This document shows positions 1 to 9,304 of a DNA stretch of 64,000 nucleotides, one piece after another. Each line of letters opens with the position of its first letter. Position 1 is the stretch's first letter. The translations under genes were made by a program, and so were the position numbers. The notes under the pieces are model-generated. The model was not told where the DNA came from, searched no databases, and worked only from the letters and a program-made list of their open reading frames with translations. This DNA comes from an uncultured delta proteobacterium (GTDB lineage Bacteria > Bdellovibrionota > FAC87 > UBA2466), in NCBI GenBank assembly GCA_963778115.1, contig CAVZSV010000005.1, forward strand, positions 192,001-256,000, written 5' to 3'.

Positions 1-367
1 TGAGTTTGTGAGAGCCTCTTTGGCTCGAACTATCACCAACCGTCTGACACTTGGGACTCACGATCTTGAAGTGATTACGATGGAGCCCAGAACCGAAGAG
101 ACGTTGATCCGCGCTTACCAAAAACATGAGGGCTCGGCGATGATCAATCTGGAACCGGGTTACTTCGAGCGCTTGATAAAGCAACTTCAAAGAACGATGG
201 AGACCACGGTCTTTAATTCCGGCATTCCGGTGCTTTTATGCCATCCGGTCATCCGCGCTCAATTAAAGAAGCTCGTCGAACGTTTTATTCCTAACTTAAG
301 TATCGTCTCCGCCAATGAGATTGCACCCTTTGCCAAGGTGAAGTCCATTGCCACCGTTGAAGCTTAG
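1..367 (+). CDS. flhA: Flagellar export gate protein FlhA, C-terminal fragment (5' truncated by window edge)
   Basis: EFVRASLARTIT...PVLLCHPVIRAQLKKLVERFIPNLSIVSANEI is the typical FlhA C-terminus; directly upstream of flhF. Confidence 0.92.
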   Translation, partial: EFVRASLARTITNRLTLGTHDLEVITMEPRTEETLIRAYQKHEGSAMINLEPGYFERLIKQLQRTMETTVFNSGIPVLLCHPVIRAQLKKLVERFIPNLSIVSANEIAPFAKVKSIATVEA

Positions 368-401
368 TTCTGAGAATTTTTGTTTTCTTGGGGGAGGTCC
401 T

Positions 402-1508
402 ATGTTTGTGAAGAAATTTGAGGCCGAGTCACTGGAACAGGCGCTTTCGTTAGTAAAAACGGAGCTCGGACCGAACGCACTGATTTTATCGACTCAAAAT
501 CGTAAAGGGAAATGGTTCCAAAAGCCTTCCGTAGAGGTGACGGCAGCTTTTGATTCCAAAGCAGCCGGTGACCCGCTACCTGAGACTCCACCTGAGTCCT
601 TTAGCGAAGATGAGTTGGCCAGGGTTTTCCCCCATCGCAAGCGTCGAACGGTCATCGATGATGAAGGGGAGCCCAACGTCAGTAAGCAGGGGACGAGCCG
701 CTACGCCGATTTTTCCTCGCACTCTTCAAAACCTAAATCGGAAAATTTGGAATTGATGTGGACACGGCTTGGTTTTTCGCCCGAATCGGCCGAAGAGTTG
801 GCAAGGCGGTTAAAGTTCGATTATCCCAAAAAAGATCTTTCTAATCCTGCTTTCTTGGATAAAGCCAGGGCTCGTTTAGTCACTCCGGTACTTAACACGT
901 TATCGTCCGCCATCTTAAATCAACGAGCTCACTGGACGTTGGTAGGCGCTCCAGGGTGTGGAAAGACGTCTCTTTGTGTAAAGCTGGCACTTCATGCCAA
1001 AGCGGAAGGCAGTCGGGTTGCTCTTTTAAGCTGCGACAAATTTAAGTTGTTAGGAAAAAAAGAGTTAGCTGCTTACGCGAAACTGATCCAAGTTTCTTTT
1101 TACGGGGAAAGTCAGACCTTTAAAAAAGAGGATTGTAGCTTTGCCGATAGCCCGGCCTTTCCCATGGCGGGAACCGAAAAGGCCGTTGAGCGCTGGGCCG
1201 AAATCGAAGCGGTCTGCCGAGATCGTTCGGTTATCGTGGTATTAGATGCGTCCGCACGATTAAACGAACTGGTAAGGCAAGTCGATCAGGCCAAAGTTCG
1301 CCTAAACGTAACGGGGCTAGCTTTCACCAGGCTCGACATCATCGCTCACTATGGCATTGTCCACGACGTGCTCAAAGCGACGAAAGTTCCCTTGCTGGGA
1401 GCTTCGCTTTCGCAATCCTATAAGACAGCTTTTAAATTCTTCGAAAATTCCGAACTTTGCAGTCTCATTCTTCGTGGTCGCCCGCTTTCAGAGGAGCCCT
1501 TTGTATGA
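402..1508 (+). CDS. flhF: Flagellar SRP-family GTPase FlhF (divergent)
   Basis: N-terminal MFVKKFEAESLEQALSLVKTELGPNALILS; P-loop GAPGCGKT; TRLD in the G4 position; GGAGG RBS before ATG 402; flhA-flhF-flhG-fliA synteny. Confidence 0.88.
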   Translation: MFVKKFEAESLEQALSLVKTELGPNALILSTQNRKGKWFQKPSVEVTAAFDSKAAGDPLPETPPESFSEDELARVFPHRKRRTVIDDEGEPNVSKQGTSRYADFSSHSSKPKSENLELMWTRLGFSPESAEELARRLKFDYPKKDLSNPAFLDKARARLVTPVLNTLSSAILNQRAHWTLVGAPGCGKTSLCVKLALHAKAEGSRVALLSCDKFKLLGKKELAAYAKLIQVSFYGESQTFKKEDCSFADSPAFPMAGTEKAVERWAEIEAVCRDRSVIVVLDASARLNELVRQVDQAKVRLNVTGLAFTRLDIIAHYGIVHDVLKATKVPLLGASLSQSYKTAFKFFENSELCSLILRGRPLSEEPFV

Positions 1509-2320
1509 ATACAAGAGTCATTTCGGTAGCCAGTGGAAAAGGTGGGGTAGGTAAGACTACTCTGGTCGCGAATTTGGGAGCTCTGTGGGCCAAAGCCGGC
1601 AAAAAAACTCTTCTGATCGATGGGGATTGGAGTTTAGGAAAATTGAGCCTAACGCTGGGTGTTAGACCCCAATGGACGGTAGAAAGGGTACTTTCGGGAG
1701 AGATAGCCCTATCGGAAGCGGTCCATGCGGTATCGCCCCGCTTAAGTTTGCTCGCTTCGCCGTCGGGCGTTATTGGGCTTGAAGAGTTATCGGAAGCGGC
1801 GCGTAACCAAATATTTTTCGAATTAGAGAGTGTGGCTTCCCATTACGACGTTATTTTGTTCGACCATTCCTCAGGACTTAATTGGGGAGTATTACAATTT
1901 GCTGCGGCCAGCCATCAACACTTGATAGTCACCACACCGGAACCTACAAGCTATACGGATGCCTATGCTATAATGAAGATACTGTCGAAACGGTTTGCGA
2001 TCCGCAATTTCTCTTTGCTCGTTACCATGAGCCAGAACTTAGCCGAGACGGAGAGTATCATGGCTCGCTTTACGGATGTGGTTCGCAGCCATCTCGATGT
2101 TCGAGTTTCACTTCTAGAAATTTTTCCGTGGGAGCCCCGACTGGGAGAATCCATCCGAAAGCAGCGTCCGTTCGTCGACTTGTTTAGCCGCGACCCGTTG
2201 ACCCAGCGTTTCGACGAAGTACGGATGCGATTGGAACAGGAAATCTTGGTCAAGCACCACGGACTTAGTTTTTTTACTGAACAAGAACTACCCCAATCGA
2301 CGCACCGGATCTGCTGGTAA
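1505..2320 (+). CDS. flhG: MinD/ParA-family ATPase FlhG (FleN)
   Basis: ISVASGKGGVGKT deviant Walker A; VTTPEPTSYTDAYAIMK motif; between flhF and fliA. Confidence 0.9.
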   Translation: MNTRVISVASGKGGVGKTTLVANLGALWAKAGKKTLLIDGDWSLGKLSLTLGVRPQWTVERVLSGEIALSEAVHAVSPRLSLLASPSGVIGLEELSEAARNQIFFELESVASHYDVILFDHSSGLNWGVLQFAAASHQHLIVTTPEPTSYTDAYAIMKILSKRFAIRNFSLLVTMSQNLAETESIMARFTDVVRSHLDVRVSLLEIFPWEPRLGESIRKQRPFVDLFSRDPLTQRFDEVRMRLEQEILVKHHGLSFFTEQELPQSTHRICW

Positions 2321-2358
2321 CGTCGTCGGGGCAACCTTTCTTCAGCGAGCTCAAAAAA

Positions 2359-3132
2359 ATGCCAACCATGATTAAAAAGTACAAAGACGGTCCGAAAAAG
2401 ATCGATAGACGTACGAAAGAGAAGTTGATTCTAGAGTACGCCCCTCTGATTCGGTTTATCGCGCAAAAAATTGCGGTCCGTCTTCCCTCCAATATCGAAT
2501 TCGACGATTTGGTGAGCAGCGGGGTTATCGGACTTATGGACGCCATCGATAAGTACGATCCCACTCGAGATAACAAGTTTAAGACCTATGCCGAGTTTCG
2601 GATCCGGGGCGCTATTCTTGACGAATTAAGGGCTCAAGACTGGGTGCCTCGTTCGGTCCGAGAAAAGGCCAAGCAGCTGGAAAAGGCCCATATCCGCTTA
2701 GAACAGAAGTTAGGGAGGATGCCTACGGAGGATGAGATAACCCGCGAGCTGCAGATATCTAAAGATGAGTATTATGAGCTCTTGAACCAAGTGAAGTCTG
2801 TGTCTATTCTTTCCTTGGACGAGGCGGGAAGCTTCAACAGTAGCGATCGCAAAAGTATTCTTAGTCTTTTAGAGAGCTGCAAGATTCCTAGCCCTATTAC
2901 TCAGCTGAATTTGAAAGACATCAAAGAGGTGGTCACTAGGGCTATCGAGAGTCTTCCTGAGAAACAGCGGTTGGTGCTCAGTCTTTATTACTATGAAGAC
3001 TTGAACTTGAAAGAAATTGGTGAAGTCTTGGATGTCACGGAAAGCCGCGTATCGCAATTGCACACGCAAGCGGTATTATGGCTTCGTAGAAAGTTGAAGA
3101 CCCACTTCGAGGACGGAGATACTGGTGGATGA
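2359..3132 (+). CDS. fliA: RNA polymerase sigma-28 factor FliA/WhiG
   Basis: DLVSSGVIGLMDAIDKYD, FKTYAEFRIRGAILDELRAQDWVPRS, LKEIGEVLDVTESRVSQLH. Confidence 0.96.
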   Translation: MPTMIKKYKDGPKKIDRRTKEKLILEYAPLIRFIAQKIAVRLPSNIEFDDLVSSGVIGLMDAIDKYDPTRDNKFKTYAEFRIRGAILDELRAQDWVPRSVREKAKQLEKAHIRLEQKLGRMPTEDEITRELQISKDEYYELLNQVKSVSILSLDEAGSFNSSDRKSILSLLESCKIPSPITQLNLKDIKEVVTRAIESLPEKQRLVLSLYYYEDLNLKEIGEVLDVTESRVSQLHTQAVLWLRRKLKTHFEDGDTGG

Positions 3133-4025
3133 GTGCCGCAGTTGAAATTAACGATTTTCTCTGCTTTGTAAGTTCCGAAAGAGCTCTCTCTGCTAATACC
3201 CGCCAAGCCTACGAGAAAGATCTCGAACACTTTCTTAATTTCTGCCGAAGAAAAGGAATTCTCTTAGTCACTATCGAACTCCACAGCCTTCGAGATTACC
3301 TAGCCACTTTGCGAAAACAGGGATTAACTTCCCGATCGATTGCCCGTAAATTGAGTGCGCTAAAGCAGTTGTACAAATTTTTAATGCGCGAGGGACGCAT
3401 CGAATCGGACCCCGTAGAACTGCTCTCTGTTCAAGTGAATGAAAAGCGGCTTCCTAAGCACCTCTCGATTGATCAGATTATGAGCTTGATTGAAGCTGCC
3501 AGTGGAAAGTCCGAAGCCGATATCCGAGATAGGGCGCTTTTAGAGCTATGGTACGCGACAGGTGCCAGGGTTACCGAGATGGCGACTCTTACTATTTCTG
3601 CCATCGACTGGAAAGACAGAGTCGTGAAGGTGAAAGGGAAGGGAAACCGCAGTCGCCTGATTCCCATCTCCCAGGCGGCGCTAGAGTGGTGTCTCAAATA
3701 CCGGGATATCCGGCATGAATGGCTTAGGCGTCACGATCTCAAAGACGTCGAGACCTTTTTCCTGTCGAGCAGAGGAACCGGTTTTACGAGACAGTCGGTA
3801 TGGCGGTTGGTAAAGAAATATGCCGAAAAAGCGGGGTTAGGAAAAGACGTTTGGCCCCACATGATCCGCCATTCCTTTGCTACCCACGTGCTTGAAGGAG
3901 GGGCCGATTTGCGATCGGTTCAGGAGCTTTTGGGCCACAGGTCCATTGCGACTACGGAAATTTACACGCACTTGAGTATCGAAAATTTGAAACTCATGCA
4001 GTTGAAATATCATCCGAGACGTTAA
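3129..4025 (+). CDS. xerD: Site-specific tyrosine recombinase XerD
   Basis: ERALSANTRQAYEKDL N-terminus; RDRALLELWYATGARVTE; KGKGNRSR; HMIRHSFATHVLEGGADLRSVQELLGH; TTEIYTH; terminal YHPR. Confidence 0.88.
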   Translation: MSAAVEINDFLCFVSSERALSANTRQAYEKDLEHFLNFCRRKGILLVTIELHSLRDYLATLRKQGLTSRSIARKLSALKQLYKFLMREGRIESDPVELLSVQVNEKRLPKHLSIDQIMSLIEAASGKSEADIRDRALLELWYATGARVTEMATLTISAIDWKDRVVKVKGKGNRSRLIPISQAALEWCLKYRDIRHEWLRRHDLKDVETFFLSSRGTGFTRQSVWRLVKKYAEKAGLGKDVWPHMIRHSFATHVLEGGADLRSVQELLGHRSIATTEIYTHLSIENLKLMQLKYHPRR

Positions 4026-4056
4026 CATTAATCTGTAAATAAGGTAGGGGGGCTCC

Positions 4057-4946
4057 ATGAGAGGTCGTCATCTGCTTTACACGGTTCCGATGCTGCTTCT
4101 AAGTTCGTGCTTTATAAAACCGAATGCCCCCGGCAATCAGGCAAACCCGGCTTCCGTTCCCTCCGAAGGCCTTATTGTCTTGGAAGATGTCTCCGGAGAC
4201 CAGGCCCTAGCGGGGCTTGTCGGGGAGTTTGATCTTCAAACGAGTGCCCATTCTTTTCATTTGATTCACACGGCATCAGAATTGCCATTCGTCGGATTTA
4301 ATCCGTTGCTCCGTACTCCGCAGCCTAGAGATCCTCAGTGCGAAATGGTCCAAGCCTCGCATAGCCCTTTGGATAGCGCCGTACCGTATGTTTCGGGGGG
4401 AGCGATGAGTTTCGGTCCGGCTCTCCAATCGACGTTAGTTTCCGTTCCTGAAGAAACGGATAATAGTTATAACTTAACTCTTGAACCAGGGCTTCCCCCG
4501 GCGTTTACCAAGTTCAAGTGGCGGGTTCGGCTGATATTCCCGCTTTTGCGACATCGATAGAGCTTCCCGAAAATTTAAACAACGTCACCATAGAGAACAG
4601 TACTCTAGATACTCATACCATCACTATTAAGAAGGCCGAATCGCTTAATGTAGCCTGGACTGCCCCCTCCATGACTAACGATACCAATGTGATGATCTTA
4701 GATGTCTATGCGGATTCGGCTCAGGCAAATTTGCAGCTTCACTGTGTGATTCCTGAAACTTCGGCCTCCCTCATTGGAGGTGCCGAACTATGGACGATCG
4801 ATTCTAGCTGGCTACAGCAACTTCCCACCACCAACACCGCCCAACTCTATATTGCGCGCGGAAATGTCTATGATGCCACCCAAGACAGTCTGGATGTTCA
4901 GCTTCAGGGGCTGAGAACTCACTTTGCGAATATTACATTGGAGTAG
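4057..4946 (+). pseudogene. Hypothetical lipoprotein split by a single-base frameshift (or a sequencing indel) at ~4495-4499
   Basis: Lipobox-like LLLSSC. ORFs 4057..4560 and 4518..4946 join into one 296-aa frame (…LEPGLPPGVYQVQVAGSADIP…) if one base is added at the C5 run. Confidence 0.6.
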
Positions 4947-4974
4947 GCCTGAAAGGTGTCACTCTCCCTTTGGG

Positions 4975-6455
4975 CTAAGGATCATACATATCTTTTCTTG
5001 CCTTTCTCTGTGAAATTTGATCAATCATTTAGATGAGTAATACTCTTGAACCTAAGTTTTTTTCGTCCATGTCGAATGAGTTCGCTGGGGCTAATTTTGG
5101 CGATCTGCGACTCACCCGGAGGTTAATGGACATGTCTGACGGTATCGCCCAAGATCCTAAAGAGACCTTACCCAAGCTTTTAGGAGAAGGAGCTGGAATT
5201 GAGGGAGGTTACCGTTTTCTGCGTAATCCCCGTGTGAATTTGGAGTCGATTTTAGCATCCCATTTTGAGCAGACGGTTTTGCGAGCGAAACTGGAAAAGG
5301 AAGTTCTGGTTCTCCACGATACGACTGAGTTCAAATTTCCTTCCAAACGTAAGGGGCTAGGTTTGCTCAGTGGTAGTCGCTCCGCGGGAGACGGTTTCTA
5401 CGGGCATTTTTCCTTAGTTGTGGGATCTTGTTTGCATCGACCTCTTGGGGTTGTGGCGGTTGAGCCAATGATTAAGCTGAAGAAGAAAGGCTATCAAAGC
5501 CCGTCCAAAACGCGACAAGATCCGACGAGAAAGTCTCTGCGTTGGATGCGAGGAATTGTGGCCAGCGAATCGAGATTGGGCTTCGCAGCGAAACCTATTC
5601 ACGTGATGGACCGTGAGGCAGATTTCTTCGAGTTACTTTCTGAACTAAAAGATTCATCTGGTCGCTGCGTGATTCGAGTCTGCCGAGATCGTTTGGTTAC
5701 AGACGAAAACCTAGAAGAAGGAGTGAGCCTTTACAGCTCACTCGAGAGCGCTCCGGTAAAGCTTCAACGAGAAGTCCGAGTTGGAACAAGAGCACAAAGT
5801 CCCTTACCTCAAAACAGAAAAGACTACCCCGCTCGTCAGCAACGAACCGCCATGTTATCGGCGACAGCGGCAAGGGTGGAGCTAATACGAGGTCACCATC
5901 ATGGAGCAAGATTAAATAAGACTGTGACACTCAACGTTGTCCACGTCTTTGAGTCCAATCCGCCGGAGGGAACAGAGCCGATTGATTGGAAATTACTCAC
6001 TACCGAGTCTACCAATACGCCCGCGGATATCGAAAAGGTGATCGATATCTATCGAGCCAGATGGCTTATCGAAGAATATTTTAAGGCGATCAAAACTGGA
6101 TGTGCCTTTGAAGAACGGCAACTCGAATCGAAAGATACCATTTTCAATGCCTTGGCAATCTTTATCCCAATCGCCTGGCGAATGCTGCTCTTGCGAGCGG
6201 AAGCCAGGCAACGGCCACTCACCCCGGCGACAGTAGTGTTAACCCCGACTCAAATATCGGTTCTCCGAGCGGTCTCAAAAACTCCCATCCCAGAAAATCC
6301 TACGGTCGCAGAAGCAATTTCAGCCGTTGCGAGGCTCGGCGGCCACCTTAAGCAGAATGGCCCGCCAGGTTGGAAAATACTAGGAAAGGGCCTCACAGAA
6401 CTATTGACTCTAGAAAAAGGGTGGCTCGCTAAAGAAAGATGTGATCAATGATTAG
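4975..6455 (+). mobile_element. Complete IS4-family (IS50/Tn5-like) insertion sequence, 1481 bp
   Basis: 19-bp imperfect terminal IRs CTAAGGATCATACATATCT (4975-4993) and AGATGTGATCAATGATTAG (6437-6455); 9-bp direct target duplication CCCTTTGGG at 4966-4974 and 6456-6464. Confidence 0.93.
5033..6451 (+). CDS. IS4-family DDE transposase (Tn5-like)
   Basis: FGDLRLTRRL N-terminus; VLHDTT; VMDREAD; YRARWLIEEYFKAIK (YREK signature); C-terminal ARLGG...GPPGWKILGKG. Confidence 0.95.
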   Translation: MSNTLEPKFFSSMSNEFAGANFGDLRLTRRLMDMSDGIAQDPKETLPKLLGEGAGIEGGYRFLRNPRVNLESILASHFEQTVLRAKLEKEVLVLHDTTEFKFPSKRKGLGLLSGSRSAGDGFYGHFSLVVGSCLHRPLGVVAVEPMIKLKKKGYQSPSKTRQDPTRKSLRWMRGIVASESRLGFAAKPIHVMDREADFFELLSELKDSSGRCVIRVCRDRLVTDENLEEGVSLYSSLESAPVKLQREVRVGTRAQSPLPQNRKDYPARQQRTAMLSATAARVELIRGHHHGARLNKTVTLNVVHVFESNPPEGTEPIDWKLLTTESTNTPADIEKVIDIYRARWLIEEYFKAIKTGCAFEERQLESKDTIFNALAIFIPIAWRMLLLRAEARQRPLTPATVVLTPTQISVLRAVSKTPIPENPTVAEAISAVARLGGHLKQNGPPGWKILGKGLTELLTLEKGWLAKERCDQ

Positions 6456-6537
6456 CCCTTTGGGCTCAAAAGGTACGGGTCATGTAAAGATGACCCGTAC
6501 CGAAAGGGCCCAAAAGGAGAGTGACACCTTACACACG

Positions 6538-7518
6538 ATGAAGCTCCATTCTATTCGAATACGGCTGTTTGAATGTGCGACGATTCGCGATCTATGCTCT
6601 TTGTACCTTCTTGTCTTGCTGGCCTCGGTCTCCGTTTACGGGGACGATTTGGGAGAGTGCGGGAAGGCGTTCGATGGTCTTTTGAACGTTTCATTGGCGT
6701 CGATTCCAAGAGATATTCAACCTCTGACTCCCGCAGATTCCGCTAATAGAACCCCTTTCACAGCCGTTGCCGAAGACAGTGTTGGGAATCTGTATTCAGG
6801 GGAAGCAGAGTGGGAGGAGCTCGTTCCTAATTATTGGATCGTCCGGATTCGTCAGTCGAATGGCGTTAGTCATCTTTTAGACCCTCAGCAAGTTCGAATC
6901 TACCGCGTTCCTGTGGAATGGAGGATTAAGGACGAGAGAGTTCGACGTAAGAGTTGGGTTAAACTGAACGAAGAGACGCTAAAATCGGCATGGTGTAAAA
7001 TCCTTCTGCTATACAACGGGAATCCGAACCATCCTGAAATTAAACCCCTCCGAGACGCAGTGGAGAGTAATCACAGTCGTTTGCTCGTCAATCGAAGCAT
7101 CTTGGAGTGCATGGCGGGTTTAGCGATCGCCTTTCCTAGCCTAGCGGAGATAGCCCGCATTCAAACGATGCCCGCTCGTACTAACTTCTATGAGGAACAT
7201 GCGCCCAACTTTTTTCTATCGATGACTTATCTAAGCATCATTCATAACTGCCTAACGGCAGGCCAGATCGGAGGCCTTTATAGAGAATCGCGTGGCGCGG
7301 TCGCAGGCGTCTTAGTCGGTGGCAGTATAGCCGGTAACTCCTGGGAAGAGATCGCCTTCGGCGAACATAGAAGCCTCCTAAATGGCAATAAGATAGTAAA
7401 GACCGACATGGGAGATCTCGGGGCGGGCCTTACTGCCACCGCATTGTATGCCCTGGCGGCCTATGTCTACGAATCGAGATTTGGACCTATTCCCGTCGCC
7501 CAATGGTGCAAAAATTGA
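6538..7518 (+). CDS. Orphan hypothetical protein with a hydrophobic N-terminal segment (possibly exported)
   Basis: Long ORF; first ATG after the repeat is at 6538; LYLLVLLASVSVYG hydrophobic stretch; no family recognised. Confidence 0.6.
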   Translation: MKLHSIRIRLFECATIRDLCSLYLLVLLASVSVYGDDLGECGKAFDGLLNVSLASIPRDIQPLTPADSANRTPFTAVAEDSVGNLYSGEAEWEELVPNYWIVRIRQSNGVSHLLDPQQVRIYRVPVEWRIKDERVRRKSWVKLNEETLKSAWCKILLLYNGNPNHPEIKPLRDAVESNHSRLLVNRSILECMAGLAIAFPSLAEIARIQTMPARTNFYEEHAPNFFLSMTYLSIIHNCLTAGQIGGLYRESRGAVAGVLVGGSIAGNSWEEIAFGEHRSLLNGNKIVKTDMGDLGAGLTATALYALAAYVYESRFGPIPVAQWCKN

Positions 7519-7530
7519 AAGGAATTGAAA

Positions 7531-7614
7531 GGTGTCACTCTCCCTTTGGGCTCAAAAGGTACGGGTTATGTAAAGATGACCCGTACCGAAAGGGCCCAAA
7601 AGGAGAGTGACACC
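7531..7614. repeat. Palindromic REP/REPIN-like element, copy 2 (intact, 84 bp)
   Basis: Nested inverted repeats GGTGTCACTCTCC/GGAGAGTGACACC, TTTGGGC/GCCCAAA and GGTACGGGT/ACCCGTACC; lies between convergent genes. Confidence 0.9.
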
Positions 7615-7636
7615 TATTAAGGACACCTATTAAGAA

Positions 7637-9148
7637 TCAATTCTCCATCACAGGACTCTTCGGCCCGGTCAACGGAATCTCAATCTTTATCGTGGCCTGT
7701 TTCTGGAGAGTCGCGACCCATTGGTTCATGATGTCAGACTGATAGGTCGTTGCTAGATTCTTTTCAATACCGTCCTGATTTTTATCGAAATCGGCGGGCT
7801 TTGCGAAATCGATGGACGCCAATTTAAGATAATAAAACTGCTCCTGATAAGGCGTCAGCTTCTTAGCCGTTGGTTGCGATTTAGAAAGTTCAAAGACGGC
7901 ATTTAGCAGGGGATCGGCCGGTCCCATTCCTGGAATCTGCCCTTGTCCTACCGCAAAGGGACCCGTCTTTTTCAGATCCACACCTGCTTTTTTGAGTTCT
8001 GGCTCTAGATTTTTCCCCTCCGCCAGAAGCTTGTCCCATTCCGTGTGCTTCGCTTCGATAAAGTCCTTCTCATGCTTTTCCGCAAAGAGCTTGGGCTCGA
8101 TCTCTTTTTTAGCTTCGGCCAATGTTTTTGTGACCGCTTCCCTTTTTTTATCTAGCTGAATGATGTAGTAGCCAAAAGTGGTCTCGATGACGGGACTTAC
8201 GGCTCCTAGATCAAGCTTACTAATGGCATTTTCCAGAGAGGGCTCCAAAGTTCCCCGATTTACCCAACCAACTTCACCGCCTTTTTTGGCATATTCGTCG
8301 TCTGACTTCGCTTTGGCCAGCTGTGAGAAATTTGAGGGGGTCACTTCTTTGGCGATGGCTTCAATCTTTTTGTGAGCCTCTTGCTTTTTCTCAGGGGTCG
8401 CTTGGTAAGGGATTCCGACACGAATCTGTTTAATCTGAACCCCCGCCGGTGTCGTAAAGTCTTTTTGATGGGCCGTAAAATAACTTTGGAATTCAGTTTC
8501 CGGCGTATTTTTCAAGAAAGCTTCCAAATCTTTCGCGGTGGGCTTTTGCTTCTTAGCCAAATCTTTGAAATCGATCTTGGCATATTGCAAATCGATTTTG
8601 GTATCGCGTAGATCGTATGCGGTTTTTAGCTCCTGAGGAGTCGGGCGAATCCGATCGGATATATAGCTTTGAAGTTTGCCCACTTGCATCTGCTCGCGCT
8701 GCATCTCTTCTAAAGCACCCCGGTTAGGCAATTTGGCGTAGTCTTCGGCGTCGAACTTTCCGTCTTTTTGGAAGTAGGGGGTCGTTCGGATGAGATCCGC
8801 CAGTTCGAAATCGGGGACCACAATTCCCATCTTTGAAGCTTGTTGAGAGAGCAGCTTATATTGGATGAGGTCGTTAAGGGTTCGCTGTGGGATCTGAAAC
8901 TGTTCGAGAAACTTATCGTCAAATTGACCGCCCAGAAGGGACTTATATTGGTAGGTCTTTCGTTCGAGGGCCTGCTTAAAGTCGCCCATTGAGATGGCGT
9001 CTCCATTTACCCAGGCCGCGACCCCACCGCTTTGGCCGCCACTTTTACCCATCTGGCCCACCCCGTAAAATCCCATTACCACGATAACCGCCAGGATAAT
9101 TCCCGTGTAGATGAGGTTATCTTGGTTTTTTCGCATGCTGTCTAACAT
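7637..9148 (-). CDS. ppiD: PpiD-like membrane-anchored parvulin peptidyl-prolyl isomerase (SurA N-terminal domain)
   Basis: MLDSMRK + TM; VAAWVNGDAIS; FQKDGKFD; parvulin FSQLAKAKSDD...GGEVGW...SPVIETTFGYYII. Confidence 0.85.
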   Translation of the reverse strand: MLDSMRKNQDNLIYTGIILAVIVVMGFYGVGQMGKSGGQSGGVAAWVNGDAISMGDFKQALERKTYQYKSLLGGQFDDKFLEQFQIPQRTLNDLIQYKLLSQQASKMGIVVPDFELADLIRTTPYFQKDGKFDAEDYAKLPNRGALEEMQREQMQVGKLQSYISDRIRPTPQELKTAYDLRDTKIDLQYAKIDFKDLAKKQKPTAKDLEAFLKNTPETEFQSYFTAHQKDFTTPAGVQIKQIRVGIPYQATPEKKQEAHKKIEAIAKEVTPSNFSQLAKAKSDDEYAKKGGEVGWVNRGTLEPSLENAISKLDLGAVSPVIETTFGYYIIQLDKKREAVTKTLAEAKKEIEPKLFAEKHEKDFIEAKHTEWDKLLAEGKNLEPELKKAGVDLKKTGPFAVGQGQIPGMGPADPLLNAVFELSKSQPTAKKLTPYQEQFYYLKLASIDFAKPADFDKNQDGIEKNLATTYQSDIMNQWVATLQKQATIKIEIPLTGPKSPVMEN

Positions 9149-9180
9149 AAGTTTTTCCTCAGCCTTCTAGCTCTGACCAT

Positions 9181-9304
9181 GGCACCGTTCATAAGCCGTC
9201 GCTCTGTTCGTTATCCCCGGTGCGCGGGTACTCATTTACTTTCGGTAAACCCAGCTCTCGTGCTCGGGAATTCCTCGATATAGACGGTTTCTGAACGATG
9301 CGCC
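9181..9304. repeat. Imperfect ~124-bp intergenic palindrome (MITE/REP-like or structured RNA)
   Basis: GGCACCGTTCATAAGCCGTC pairs imperfectly with GACGGTTTCTGAACGATGCGCC; central TTTAC-TTTCG-GTAAA hairpin. Confidence 0.5.

Larger units (their letters stand above)
4955..6528. repeat. Palindromic REP/REPIN-like element, copy 1, interrupted by the IS (4955-4974 + 6465-6528)
   Basis: Removing the IS and one TSD restores GGTGTCACTCTCCCTTTGGGCTCAAAAGGTACGGGTCATGTAAAGATGACCCGTACCGAAAGGGCCCAAAAGGAGAGTGACACC, one mismatch from the copy at 7531. Confidence 0.9.

Noticed and set aside
6448..6537. N-terminal 30 codons of ORF 6448..7518
   Set aside because: They are read through the IS end and the palindrome; ATG 6538 is the more plausible start
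3129..7614. Integron (tyrosine recombinase + attC-like hairpins + cassette)
   Set aside because: The recombinase looks like ordinary XerD without the IntI-specific insertion, and the hairpins lack RYYYAAC/GTTRRRY ends
4955..7614. CRISPR array
   Set aside because: Only two 84-bp copies about 1 kb apart, no spacer periodicity and no cas genes
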